This document shows, piece after piece, positions 22,318-32,632 of a stretch of DNA of 64,000 nt. The DNA is from an uncultured Hormoscilla sp. (GTDB lineage Bacteria > Cyanobacteriota > Cyanobacteriia > Cyanobacteriales > Desertifilaceae). Each line of letters begins with the position of its first letter. Position 1 is the stretch's first letter. Below the pieces are notes generated by a model. The model made no database searches, was not told the origin of the DNA, and was given only the letters and a program-made list of their open reading frames with translations. A program made the translations under genes and the position numbers. The stretch lies in contig OZ001293.3 in assembly GCA_963921275.4 (NCBI GenBank), positions 5,824,001 to 5,888,000 on the forward strand, read 5' to 3'.

Positions 22318-22535
22318 CCTTTGAATATGACAGTGAGGGTGACATCCTCTATATTGACAAGTGCCCCCCATACCCAGAGCAAGAATCGGAAGAACTTGAT
22401 TATGGGGTAATTGCTCGTCTGAATCCTGAGACAGAGAAAATTGAGAATCTGGAAGTGCTATTCTTTTCTAAACGGCTGTTAGAGAAAAAATGGTTCGATC
22501 TGCCCATTGTAGCAGATTTACGTATGACAGCATAA
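22302..22535 (+). CDS. DUF2283 domain putative antitoxin
   Basis: FEYDSEGDILYI...ENLEVLFFS. Confidence 0.75.
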   Translation: MDEKLTFEYDSEGDILYIDKCPPYPEQESEELDYGVIARLNPETEKIENLEVLFFSKRLLEKKWFDLPIVADLRMTA

Positions 22536-22559
22536 CCAAAGTGGGGCAAGGAGCGATCG

Positions 22560-23856
22560 CCCGTCTGATCGCTTGCAGCAAGCAGCCCACGGCCCCCGAA
22601 CTTTACAATCCTAACACGGATGAGTTTCTCTGGCGCAAGGAAGCACCCGAGTTATCGAGACAGCTTGGGGATTTTATCGATAAGTTAATGGCACGTTCTG
22701 CTAGGAAGCGTCCGGCCAATACTGGGGTAATTTTACAAGAGTTAGAAAGTCTGCAACGCCAACTGTATCCGCCTAAAGTTCGCAAACTGTCACAACCGTC
22801 TGGGAAGGGCCCATTACCCGGTTCCCCACGGAAAACCCTGCGAGGGTTTCTCAAGGTAACGGCAGGTCTAGCAGGTGGAGGACTGGTGACGGCAGTTGTC
22901 GGTCATCAAATATGGCGTAATCGTTTGCCTTCTGATATTATAAAACCAGATGTTCCTACACCTATTGTCGATCCTCCGTCCGAACCAGATGTTTCTACAC
23001 CTATTGTCGATCCTCCGCCCGAACCAGATGTTTCTACACCTATTGTCGATCCTCCGCCCGAACCAGATGTTTCTACACCTATTGTCGATCCTCCGCCCGA
23101 ACCAAAACCATCTCTGCTTAAGTTTAGCTTTTACGTGGTAACGGTAAACTCCCGAGGTCGAGAAATCGATCGTCAGCACCTGCAAGCAGAATATTTTCAG
23201 CAAAGCTTGGGCAATGGGGTAACATTAGATATGGTATCTATTCCGGGGGGCACATTTATGATGGGTTCCCCGTGACTCAGGCCCAGTGGCAAGCGGTAAT
23301 GAATTATAATCATTCGCGTTCGAAGGGCGAGAATCTGCCTGTAGAAAATGTATGGTGGAAGCGTGCGGTAGAATTCTGTCAGCGCTTGTCTCGCCAGACG
23401 GGACGTGACTACAGACTCCCCAGCGAGGCAGAATGGGAATATGCCTGTCGCGCTGGCACCACGACTCCCTTCCACTTTGGCGAGACCATCACTAAAGATT
23501 TGGCGAACTACGGTGGTGGCTACGATTTTGCAGGCTACCGTCGAGGGGGAACAACTCCCGTCGGCAGTTTTGGGGTAGCGAATGCTTTTGGATTGTACGA
23601 CATGCATGGAAATGTTTTGGAATGGTGTGCCGACCCTTAGCATAAAAATTATCAGGGTGCGCCTGCTGATGGCAGGGTTTGGGAGTCTGGTGGCGATGGT
23701 TTATACCGGATGCTGCGCGGCGGCCGCTGGAGCAGCAATGCCTGGAACCTCGATCCCAGGACTTGTCGTAGCGCCAACCGCTTCAGAGATTACTCGGGCT
23801 CCTGGCCAGCAGATCACTTCCACGGTTTGCGTGTAGTTTGCGTGTTTTCCCGGTGA
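22560..23856 (+). pseudogene. Ser/Thr kinase C-terminal remnant plus FGE-sulfatase (SUMF1/CLec) protein; truncated, internally deleted, with an internal stop
   Basis: [11 protein letters not shown] joined out of frame to [36 protein letters not shown] at 23638-23640, then LRGG...GLRVVC. Confidence 0.85.
22946..23105 (+). repeat. 39-bp coding tandem repeat x4 (PDVSTPIVDPPPE)
   Basis: Directly visible near-identical units. Confidence 0.92.
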
Positions 23857-23973
23857 GGACTCCTTAACCCCTTGGCTCTTTTGCCCTCTTGCCCTTTTCT
23901 CTCATCGCGCTCCGCGCGATCGAAATTTTTTTGTAATTTAGGGTAATCTTATAGATTACCTATAATACAAAGT

Positions 23974-24100
23974 TTAAACCCCAACGGAGAGGTTTAAAAC
24001 CCCAACGGAGAGGTTTAAAACCCCAACGGAGAGGTTTAAAACCCCAACGGAGAGGTTTAAAACCCCAACGGAGAGGTTTAAAACCCCAACGGAGAGGTTT
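23974..24100. repeat. 21-bp tandem repeat x6
   Basis: Unit ttaaaaccccaacggagaggt. Confidence 0.92.
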
Positions 24101-24408
24101 TGGACCCGAACAGTGGGGCACGGGTTTGCATCTGGTAGGTGCCAGTTGCGGTGGCGACGCAAACATGAGATGCACCTATGTGATGTGAATTTATTGCCAA
24201 GGGAAGATCGCCCATGTTAAACGGGTGTGGTCAAAACCCGGAAGCCAAGCCCGGAAGCCAAGCCCGTTCCCAGGGTCTACCTGGGAACGAGGGGCCCGGC
24301 TACTAGAACTTAGCCCACGCTCCGGGCCCCCTCCTCTCGCAGCGTAGGGGGCCCGGAGCGTGGAAGGGGCCTGGAGCGTGCAGGGGCTATACACATGGGG
24401 TGTGGCAG

Positions 24409-24468
24409 TTCGTAGTAAACACTTCAGTGTTTCTCCAGTTCGTAGTAAACACTTCAGTGTTTCTCCAG
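24409..24468 (+). repeat. Two tandem 30-bp GTAG REP-like units
   Basis: ttcgtagtaaacacttcagtgtttctccag x2. Confidence 0.85.
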
Positions 24469-24487
24469 AGTGCGATGGCTATCCTAG

Positions 24488-25010
24488 ATATAGACGAAAA
24501 ATTAACCTTTGAATATGACCGTGAGGGTGACATCCTCTATATTAACAAGTGCCCGCCATACCCAGAGCAAAAATCGGAAGAACTTGAGTATACTGATTGG
24601 GAGATGAGAAAAGGGGTCAGTTGGCGGCGAAGAACAACAAGCTCATTCCGCAGGACTTCATTTTCCGCTGCCAGCACTTGAATGCTTTGGGTGACGGCCA
24701 ATAATTCTGCTAATGCACCGTCAACTTGCTCTCGCAGTTTCGTTAATGTTTCTGTAGGCGCGGCCAACTCCAACATGGTACTCTCTTGGAGATCTTGGCG
24801 AGCATACCACTGTTCTAACTGCGCTAGTTCTGCATCAGACAGCACCTCGCCTCGCGTGGCTTTATCGTGCAACGATTTGCCCCGATCATCAGTAATCATG
24901 GTTTCTTTGCTACTCTTGGGGTTATCTGTTCTATTCTCTCCGATATTCCCGTAATGGGACGAGCGGCGAATCTGGAAGTGCTATTCTTTTCTCAACGGCT
25001 GTTATAGTAA
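24488..25010 (+). pseudogene. Second DUF2283 copy, start lost and middle replaced by an oppositely oriented gene
   Basis: 24488-24588 and 24969-25005 match the 5' and 3' parts of 22302-22535. Confidence 0.7.
24537..24899 (-). CDS. Hypothetical coiled-coil protein
   Basis: MITDDRGKSLHDKATRGE...; the C-terminus runs into the DUF2283 remnant. Confidence 0.5.
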   Translation of the reverse strand: MITDDRGKSLHDKATRGEVLSDAELAQLEQWYARQDLQESTMLELAAPTETLTKLREQVDGALAELLAVTQSIQVLAAENEVLRNELVVLRRQLTPFLISQSVYSSSSDFCSGYGGHLLI

Positions 25011-25063
25011 AAGTGGGCAGCAAAAGAATGTTATCATGTTAAATGCGATCGGGAGGAAAAAAA

Positions 25064-25348
25064 ATGAGTCAGGAAAAAAAGAGGCAAATTACCATCGAAA
25101 TACCAGAAAATGTAGCGTGCTACATCGAAGAAGAATGGGGCAATATCGAACAGCGAACCCTGGAAGCACTCGCAGTGGAAGGTTATCGCGCTGGCATCTT
25201 GACTGCGGGACAGGTGCGGTGGATGCTAAACTTGTCTTGCCGCTATGAAGTAGATAAGTTTCTCAAGGAAAGAGAAGTCTATCTGCGCTATACCGAGGCT
25301 GATCTAGAGCAAGATATCCAGATGAGTCGCAAAATAAGAACTTTATGA
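25064..25348 (+). CDS. UPF0175 family antitoxin
   Basis: EALAVEGYR..ILT.GQV..ML.LS.RYEVD.FLK; overlaps the PIN gene start. Confidence 0.85.
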   Translation: MSQEKKRQITIEIPENVACYIEEEWGNIEQRTLEALAVEGYRAGILTAGQVRWMLNLSCRYEVDKFLKEREVYLRYTEADLEQDIQMSRKIRTL

Positions 25349-25827
25349 CTGTTGTATCCAATACTTCACCAATTTGTTACCTGTTGCTCATTAATGAGAT
25401 TGATGTGTTACCGCAGTTGTACGGTCAGGTAATTATCCCCCAAGCCGTGTACAATGAACTAAGAGCATCAGGATCGCCACTGGTATTGCAAAACTGGATA
25501 GCACAACCTCCCGACTGGCTGAAAATCAGATCGGTAACAACTCAACCAGATACAGAACTAGAACAAATAGACATAGGTGAACGCGAGGCGATTTTGCTAG
25601 CAGAGCAATTGGGAATTTCTGCAATTTTATTGGATGATAAGGCAGCACGACGGATCGCAATCATACGAGGCTTGAATGTAACTGGCGTGCTTGGCATTTT
25701 GGGTGATGCAGCGACAATGGGTTTCCTCGATCTACCGGCTGCTATTGAACGTCTGCGACAAACAGGAGTTCTGGTTTCTTCCAGTCTGATACAATCGCTT
25801 TTGGAACGACATCAGAATAATAGTTGA
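25345..25827 (+). CDS. DUF3368 PIN-domain toxin
   Basis: VVSNTSPI, IDIGEREAI, LLDD..AR, TGVLGIL. Confidence 0.88.
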   Translation: MTVVSNTSPICYLLLINEIDVLPQLYGQVIIPQAVYNELRASGSPLVLQNWIAQPPDWLKIRSVTTQPDTELEQIDIGEREAILLAEQLGISAILLDDKAARRIAIIRGLNVTGVLGILGDAATMGFLDLPAAIERLRQTGVLVSSSLIQSLLERHQNNS

Positions 25828-26049
25828 GTAGGGCGAGTAAAAGGCGATCGCCTGTCCGGACTATTGTTATACTCATATTTTGCTAATAACTGTCCTACCC
25901 TTGTCGCACAAAATGTTTGTATAGCATATTTGTAATACAGATTGTCGTGCGCAATATGGGGTTGAACACTTGACATTGTCTCGCGATCGGATATAGAATA
26001 GTAATGACTAAGGTTTCAGCAAGAGATAGAAACAAGGAGGTATGACGGG

Positions 26050-26556
26050 ATGGCTGAGACAACGGCAAAGGCGGTAGCAGATTATATTATACACTTCTCC
26101 CAGGACCACGGTGACTTGGTTACCAACCTGAAACTGCAAAAACTGGTATACTATGCTCAGGCATGGTATCTGGCTCTGTATGACAAACCTCTGTTTGATG
26201 AAGAGTTACAAGCTTGGATCAGCGGACCGGTGCAACCAGAACTGTACGATCGCTTTAAGAGTTACAAGTGGAACCCGATTAGCGAACATCCAGAAAAGGT
26301 AGAATTGCCAGAACAGATAAAAGACCATCTGATAGAAATAATTGAGGTATTTGGAAAATACCAGGCTTATTACCTGGAAAGGATGGTTAAAGGCGAAGAC
26401 CCCTGGCTGAAAGCGCGTCGTGGAATCCCCAGGGACGAACACGCCACAGTGGCGATCGAGAAACAGGACATGCAAACATATTATAAGACTTTGCTTGAAG
26501 ATGACGACGAAGAAGAACAAGAGGGTCAAAACTCGGAGTACGCCAAGGTCGGGTGA
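26050..26556 (+). CDS. Panacea/SocA (DUF4065) antitoxin with acidic tail
   Basis: TNLKLQKLVYYAQAW, QAWISGPV, EDPW. Confidence 0.9.
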   Translation: MAETTAKAVADYIIHFSQDHGDLVTNLKLQKLVYYAQAWYLALYDKPLFDEELQAWISGPVQPELYDRFKSYKWNPISEHPEKVELPEQIKDHLIEIIEVFGKYQAYYLERMVKGEDPWLKARRGIPRDEHATVAIEKQDMQTYYKTLLEDDDEEEQEGQNSEYAKVG

Positions 26557-26935
26557 TATTCTTGAAAGAAAGCGCGAAAATGAAGAGGTGATTTTTCCCT
26601 TCAAATTTCTGGACTTATTCAGCAACCCCAAGTTTAGAGTTGCGGGGTGCGGTGAAAGTTATCTGGAAAAAATATTGTTGCGTCTAAAAGATGTATCAAG
26701 TATCAGATACGATGATTTTGTTGGTAGTCGTTCCTCTTCCTTGCGAACTCACGAAATAACTTGGTCAGACACGACAGAACCCAATGGATTTACCTGTCTA
26801 AATGCTTATCTGAGAGAACAGACGGCGTTTCAATTTGAAATCTCGGCTAATGAATATGGGAGAGTACACGGGTTTCTGCACAACAGGGTTTTCTATATAG
26901 TCTGGCTAGACCCGCATCATAATTTGTACTCATAA
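26501..26935 (+). CDS. Putative toxin partner of the Panacea antitoxin
   Basis: Basic N-terminus overlapping the antitoxin; C-terminal RVHGF...FYIVWLDPHH resembles the partner at 13127. Confidence 0.65.
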   Translation: MTTKKNKRVKTRSTPRSGDILERKRENEEVIFPFKFLDLFSNPKFRVAGCGESYLEKILLRLKDVSSIRYDDFVGSRSSSLRTHEITWSDTTEPNGFTCLNAYLREQTAFQFEISANEYGRVHGFLHNRVFYIVWLDPHHNLYS

Positions 26936-26992
26936 GTGACGGGCAGGCAATTTTTACCGTAAACGAATGTGATCGCACCAGTAGGGAAAACC

Positions 26993-27301
26993 ATGAGTCA
27001 GGAGAAAAAGAGGCAAATCACCATCGAAATCCCCGAAAAAGTGGCGTGCTACATCGAAGCAGAATGGGGTAATATCGAACAGCGCCCGCGCAGCGTGCGC
27101 GCAGCGCATACCTTGGAAGCACTCGCGGTGGAAGGTTATCGCGCTGGCATCATGACTGCGGGACAGGTGCGGTGGATGCTAAACTTATCTTGTCGCTATG
27201 CAGTAGATAGGTTTCTCAAGGAAAGAGAAGTCTATCTGCGCTATACCGAGGCTGACCTAGAGCAAGATATCCAGACGAGTCGCACAATGAGAACAAAATG
27301 A
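26993..27301 (+). CDS. UPF0175 family antitoxin, second copy with a 24-bp in-frame insert
   Basis: Near-identical to 25064-25348 plus the extra peptide PRSVRAAH. Confidence 0.8.
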   Translation: MSQEKKRQITIEIPEKVACYIEAEWGNIEQRPRSVRAAHTLEALAVEGYRAGIMTAGQVRWMLNLSCRYAVDRFLKEREVYLRYTEADLEQDIQTSRTMRTK

Positions 27302-27504
27302 CTATCGGGATTTTTGAGGCTCTGCCTCGGAGAGATTACCTCGTTTATCCTCTAGCAATCACATGCACCAAGCATGTCAACTGACTATATAATAGGGGAG
27401 GCAGAGCCTCGGGAACCAAGGTTTCCAAGGCTCTGCCTCGCGGAACCAGAAAATCAGATAAAATTCACAATTGACAATTCACAATTGACAATTCACCATT
27501 CCCT

Positions 27505-28767
27505 ATGATCAAAATTCTCCACCTATCAGATATTCACCTGGGTAGCGGTTTTTCCCACGGCAAGATTAACCCCGAAACAGGTCGCAATAGCAGGTTTGAT
27601 GATTTCGTCCATACCCTGTCCCTGTGCATCGATCGGGCCCTAGCAGAACCAGTAGATATAGTCTTATTCGGGGGGGATGCATTCCCCAATGCCACGCCAG
27701 CGCCTTACATCCAGTCCGCCTTTGCCAATCAGTTTTACCGCTTAGTTAAAGCTAACATTCCCACAGTGTTGCTAGTGGGAAATCACGACCAACATACTCA
27801 CGGTCAGGGTGGGGCAAGTCTATGTATCTATCGTACCTTGGGAGTGCCTGGATTTGTCGTGGGCGATCGCATCGCCACCCACCGCCTTCTCACTCGTAAC
27901 GGTCCCATACAGGTGATTACCCTACCCTGGTTAACTCGCGCGAGTTTACTCGCCAGTCCCAAAACCGAAAAACTATCTCTGTCAGAAGTCAATCATTTAT
28001 TGCTCGATCGCCTAGAGGCTATCTTAGAAGCAGAGACCCGCTGCCTCGACCCCAACATGCCTACGGTTTTGCTGGGACACTTAATGGTAGATAATGCTCG
28101 GTATGGAGCCGAACGCTTCCTAGCTGTCGGAAAAGGCTTCACAGTGCCCCTCTCCTTCCTGACACGTGAGAGTTTTGACTATGTCGCCTTGGGACATGTC
28201 CACAAACACCAGATACTTTGCCAAGATCCTCCTGTTGTCTACCCAGGTAGTATCGAACGAATTGACTTCAGCGAGGAAAAAGAAGAAAAAGGTTTTATGT
28301 TAGTGGACTTAGCAAAAGATCAGGCCCAGCTAGAGTTCTGTCCCCTATCAGTGCGTGACTTTAGGACCATCAAAGTCAATATTTCCACCGCAGAAGATCC
28401 CCAAGTAGCTTTAGTCAAAGCCATTAAGAAAAAACAGATCGCAGATGCAGTAGTGCGCCTCAGCTACCAGGTGCGATCGGACCAGCTAGACTCGATCGAT
28501 AACCAAGCATTGCACGCATGTCTGAGTACCGCCCACAGTTATAGTATCCAACCCGAAGTCGTCACCAAAATATCCCGTGCCCGCTTACCCGAACTAGGCG
28601 TCGGTAGCGGAATTGACCCCATAGAAGCATTAAAAACATATTTGGATAACCGAGAAGACCTCAAAGATATCGCCCCGGAAATGATCGCCGCCGCTGAGGA
28701 ACTACTCGCAGGGGATCTTCGGCAATCTTCTCCAGACCCCCAACCCACCCAGCTGAGTTTACTTTAA
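27505..28767 (+). CDS. sbcD: Exonuclease SbcCD subunit D
   Basis: HLSDIHLG, GGDAF, GNHD, YVALGHVH, YPGS. Confidence 0.93.
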   Translation: MIKILHLSDIHLGSGFSHGKINPETGRNSRFDDFVHTLSLCIDRALAEPVDIVLFGGDAFPNATPAPYIQSAFANQFYRLVKANIPTVLLVGNHDQHTHGQGGASLCIYRTLGVPGFVVGDRIATHRLLTRNGPIQVITLPWLTRASLLASPKTEKLSLSEVNHLLLDRLEAILEAETRCLDPNMPTVLLGHLMVDNARYGAERFLAVGKGFTVPLSFLTRESFDYVALGHVHKHQILCQDPPVVYPGSIERIDFSEEKEEKGFMLVDLAKDQAQLEFCPLSVRDFRTIKVNISTAEDPQVALVKAIKKKQIADAVVRLSYQVRSDQLDSIDNQALHACLSTAHSYSIQPEVVTKISRARLPELGVGSGIDPIEALKTYLDNREDLKDIAPEMIAAAEELLAGDLRQSSPDPQPTQLSLL

Positions 28768-28790
28768 TTGTCAGTTTTCATTCACAATTG

Positions 28791-29130
28791 TCAATTGACA
28801 ATTGTCAATTTTTTCAGCTTTTTTCGCACTTGTTTTCGTGCATAATTCGGTTGGATATTCAATTCCAACGCCTTCTGATAGGAAGTTTTCACCTCTTTTT
28901 TTCTTCCCAGTTTTGCCAATACATCCCCTCGGTTCGCCCAAAGATAAGGATCTTGCGGTGTCTGGAGCGTACCGCGTCCTTCAGGACAAGAGTACGCGGA
29001 AGACGCCGCTTTGCTTAGCCACCACCGCCGGAACCCGTTCCCAGGCGGGAGCCTCTTAACGAGGGGGCCGTGTCTCCGCCGTGTCTCCCGGGGCGAGGCG
29101 TCTCCCGGGAGACGCCTCGCGCTAGTCGCA
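28791..29130 (-). pseudogene. TPR fragment with a nest of GC-rich palindromic inserts
   Basis: LWANRGDVLAKLGR..YQKALEL.PNY TPR remnant; several repeat units at 28958-29125. Confidence 0.55.
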
Positions 29131-29269
29131 CAAAATACGAGTGTACCTGAAAAAATCGGTGGTCCAATCTTGCCAGCTAAATCTATCAAAAACCTTTGGT
29201 ACTTACGGGGCATATCCGCATCCTAGAGAAATTTCACACAGATTTATTATAGCAGCTCCTCATCGCTAA

Positions 29270-30754
29270 TTAATTCAAAGGTAGGAAAATGGTTAATTCC
29301 TGACCTTGTTGGGGACGCTGACGGACGATCAGTTTACCCCCGATCGCCTGAAACAGATTTTTGGTCGCGCTAATATTAAGGCTGAGGTTACCAGTTTCCG
29401 GTTGGAACATCAGCAGTTGACCCAGACATTTGAGAGTGGGTTTAGTTGTATCTGTCTTTTTATCAGTTACCCTACCTTGGCACTGGAGTTGCAACTTCAG
29501 CTGGTTGCCAGCTGGCATCACTTTCACTTGCACGTGACTGCCGGTTGGCAGGGTACTGGTGAAGTTTTCGATCGCCCCTGTCAGCACCTGATCCAGCATC
29601 GTCGGGTCACTGACCACCACTGGCATTGTTTGAGGTAGGGCCACATCCAGAGTCACATTCCTCCGACAGGCTTGCTTTTGCCAACGGGGAATGCTATTAT
29701 CCAATACTTTTGATAGTTCTGTCGCCGTCAGATGCACTTTGGCGGGTGATTTCTCCAATTCTACAGCTCGGAAAATTAAACCAAACCGATCGATTTGTTC
29801 AGTACATTCGCGGTCGATCGCTTGTATTCTTTTCATTACCTTTTCCGGTAAGTCGCGACGCTTGAGCAACAGTCGCGTGAAAGTGCGAATGGTGGTTAAA
29901 GGAGTTTTCACTTCATGGGCGATCGCCTGTAACAATTCTACATCTTTTGGATGTTGTCCCGGATCCTGGGGAATTTCCCGGGGTGAGGGCTGGTGACAAT
30001 TGACTGTCGTGTGGCGATGCGCAGTGCGAATAGCGCGCGCATCGCACATCGAAAGGGAAGAAACTGTCCGTTGAGTAGCTTCCCGGCGCGATTGCTGGAC
30101 AAATTGACGATCTTGTGGTAAGTAATTAAGGATAAGTTGGCTAAACTGCATCACAGTTTTGTAATCGGGAGCTCTAGGAGAAAACTGCTGATAGTAAGTA
30201 TCCAGCTGGTAGCGTTGCTCGGCATTGCCTGTCAGGAAAACGCGCGATCGCAGTTCGTTCCATGCCATCTTGACCACATCTGGGTCAAAGGAAAATTGGA
30301 ACCGCCCTGTCCGGGTTGCACCTAAAACCATCACCAAACTAAAGCTAGCAGTTAAAACCAAACAAAATGCCTCAGTTCTGAGGGGGTCATTGGGTAGCAG
30401 GGGAAAAATTACCGTAGGACAGGCGTCTTTTCTGTCCTTGTCTGGGGCGAGTAATGCAGCGGGAGGTAGCTGAGGGGAATTACTGAAAGTATCCGAGGTA
30501 AACAGCCAAGTGGCAAACTCTTTCCCTGTCAAAGCTGGGTGAGACAACCATGGTATTGGTCCAGAAAGAACTATTCCCGACCCTTCCCCTTGCAAGAGGA
30601 CGCCCAAAGCTCCGTGAGCCCCACGCCAAGACCGTTCTGCCCTTTCGCGGTCCCCGGCGTGATATCTATCTGCCGAGGAAGGAAATGCGGTCTCAGGAGC
30701 CCGATCGCAGTGCTCGAAAACTTCACTTAAGCTTGGCAAGATCCATTGATGCAT
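29270..30754 (-). CDS. Cyanobacterial sensor histidine kinase with degenerate ATPase domain
   Basis: AIAHEVKTPLTTIRT H-box; SDPTMLDQVL; non-canonical G boxes. Confidence 0.8.
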   Translation of the reverse strand: MHQWILPSLSEVFEHCDRAPETAFPSSADRYHAGDRERAERSWRGAHGALGVLLQGEGSGIVLSGPIPWLSHPALTGKEFATWLFTSDTFSNSPQLPPAALLAPDKDRKDACPTVIFPLLPNDPLRTEAFCLVLTASFSLVMVLGATRTGRFQFSFDPDVVKMAWNELRSRVFLTGNAEQRYQLDTYYQQFSPRAPDYKTVMQFSQLILNYLPQDRQFVQQSRREATQRTVSSLSMCDARAIRTAHRHTTVNCHQPSPREIPQDPGQHPKDVELLQAIAHEVKTPLTTIRTFTRLLLKRRDLPEKVMKRIQAIDRECTEQIDRFGLIFRAVELEKSPAKVHLTATELSKVLDNSIPRWQKQACRRNVTLDVALPQTMPVVVSDPTMLDQVLTGAIENFTSTLPTGSHVQVKVMPAGNQLKLQLQCQGRVTDKKTDTTKPTLKCLGQLLMFQPETGNLSLNISATKNLFQAIGGKLIVRQRPQQGQELTIFLPLN

Positions 30755-30938
30755 AACTATTTAATCCTACAAAAACTAGCAACTTGTCATCTTTATATAT
30801 GAGAGTATAGGTATTAACCAAAGATTCCTAGCAGTGTAACCGAACCTGGCAGGCGGGAAAACCCGGCATTATTGGCCTTGACAGTCGGATGAGCAGAAAA
30901 CTGCTAAAATAAAGACAGTTTTATTACCTCGGTTGCAT

Positions 30939-32341
30939 ATGCCTGACACAATTACAGATGCTAAAGATTTGTTATCTGACCTGATAGAACGCTACGACTC
31001 AAGCGTGGACTATCTGGCTATTCGCCTGGAAGCCTCAAATGGACTGATATCCTGTTGCGAAAAGACAAAATTGACACCCTCAGCGAAGGAATTTCCATTG
31101 GCGGACAGGTGCGGGCCTGCTATAAAAAAGGCTGGGGCATGAGCAGCTTTAACCGCCTAGAGGGCTTGGCGGACAGGATCCAAGAGGCGATCGCCGCTGC
31201 CCGGTTGGTGGGGGATGGCGAAACTCTCTTGGCCCCGGTTGACCCGATACAGGATACCGTAACCTTGCCCCTGACAGGCACGGACCCCCTTTACATTCCC
31301 ATCGCAGAGAAAAAACAACTGTGCGATCGCTACGCCGAGATCCTGCGCAGCACTGACCCCCGCATAGCCAGTATATCAGTCCGCTACGGCGACTGCAAGC
31401 AACGGATCGTACTTGCGACCTCAGAAGGAACTCTGCTAGAACAATCCTGGACAGACATGGAAATGCGGTTTGCTGCCACCGCCCGCAGTGGTGCCACGGT
31501 GCAGACAGGCAGGGAAACTATAGGTTCTCGCAGCGCTTACGAAGACCTGACCGGGCTGGATGTTCAAGTCAGAACTGCTGCCCAACGTGCCTCCGATGCC
31601 TTAAACTTACCCTCAGTCAAAGGCAACAGTTATACTGTAGTAATTGACCCCATTCTCAGCGGTTTATTTGTCCATGAAGCCTTTGGTCATCTTTCCGAAG
31701 CAGATATGGTCTATGAAAATCCCGACTTGCTGGAAGTGATGACCCTCGGGCGTCGTTTTGGACCGACTGAGTTACAAATATTTGACGGTGCTATCCCCAC
31801 TGGACATCGCGGTAGCTACTTATATGACGATGAAGGCACCCCCGCTACCACTACCCAGTTAATTAAAGATGGAGTGTTAGTAGGCAGGCTGCATTCTCGC
31901 GAGACCGCTGGTAAATTGGGAGAAAATCCTACAGGAAATGCTCGCTGTTTGAACTATCATTATCCCCCGATCGTGCGGATGACCAATACTTGGATTGCCC
32001 GGGGCAAGACCCCCGTAGCAGACTTATTTAGGGACATCAAAGAGGGCGTATATGCCCGCAATTGGTTGGGGGGTATGACCAATGGAGAGATGTTTACCTT
32101 TAGTGCCGGAGAAGCTTGGATGATTCGCAATGGTCAAATTGCTGAACCCGTGCAGGATGTGACTCTTTCCGGGAATGTGTTTAGCACTTTGGCCGATATC
32201 GAAGCAATTGGTGATGATTTTTACTGGGATGAATCTGGTGGTTGTGGCAAAGGCGGTCAAGGTGGTTTGCCCGTAGGTTGTGGCGGACCCAGTTTAAGAA
32301 TTAGAAATGTAGTTGTTGGTGGTGAAACTAGTGACCAATGA
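30939..32341 (+). pseudogene. tldD: TldD metalloprotease with a frameshift near 31040
   Basis: HEAFGH, DDEG, RMTNT, CGKGGQ; the N-terminal 33 codons lie in another frame. Confidence 0.8.
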
Positions 32342-32573
32342 CCAGTGACCCTATCCCTCGTCAATGTAGTTCGTAGTTCGTAGTTCGTAGTTCGTAGTTA
32401 TCGATAACATAAACCATCGAGCGGGCAATACTTTCATGCTCTGATTTGTAGCAAGGGATATGGATAAAATTGTGACGGCCCATTGAATAATCGCGCTCAC
32501 CGAGAGGTATTGTATCCCTCGTTCCCTGTCTCTGGCAGGGAACGCGATCGGGAGGATCTGCCTCCTGTAAGGA

Positions 32574-32632
32574 TAAGCACTAAAGTGCTTACTACGAACC
32601 CCGTAAGCACTTTAGTGCTTACTACGAACCCC
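32574..32632 (-). repeat. Two REP-like hairpins with opposite loop orientation, overlapping the cobM stop
   Basis: taagcactaaagtgcttactacgaa and gtaagcactttagtgcttactacgaa. Confidence 0.85.
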
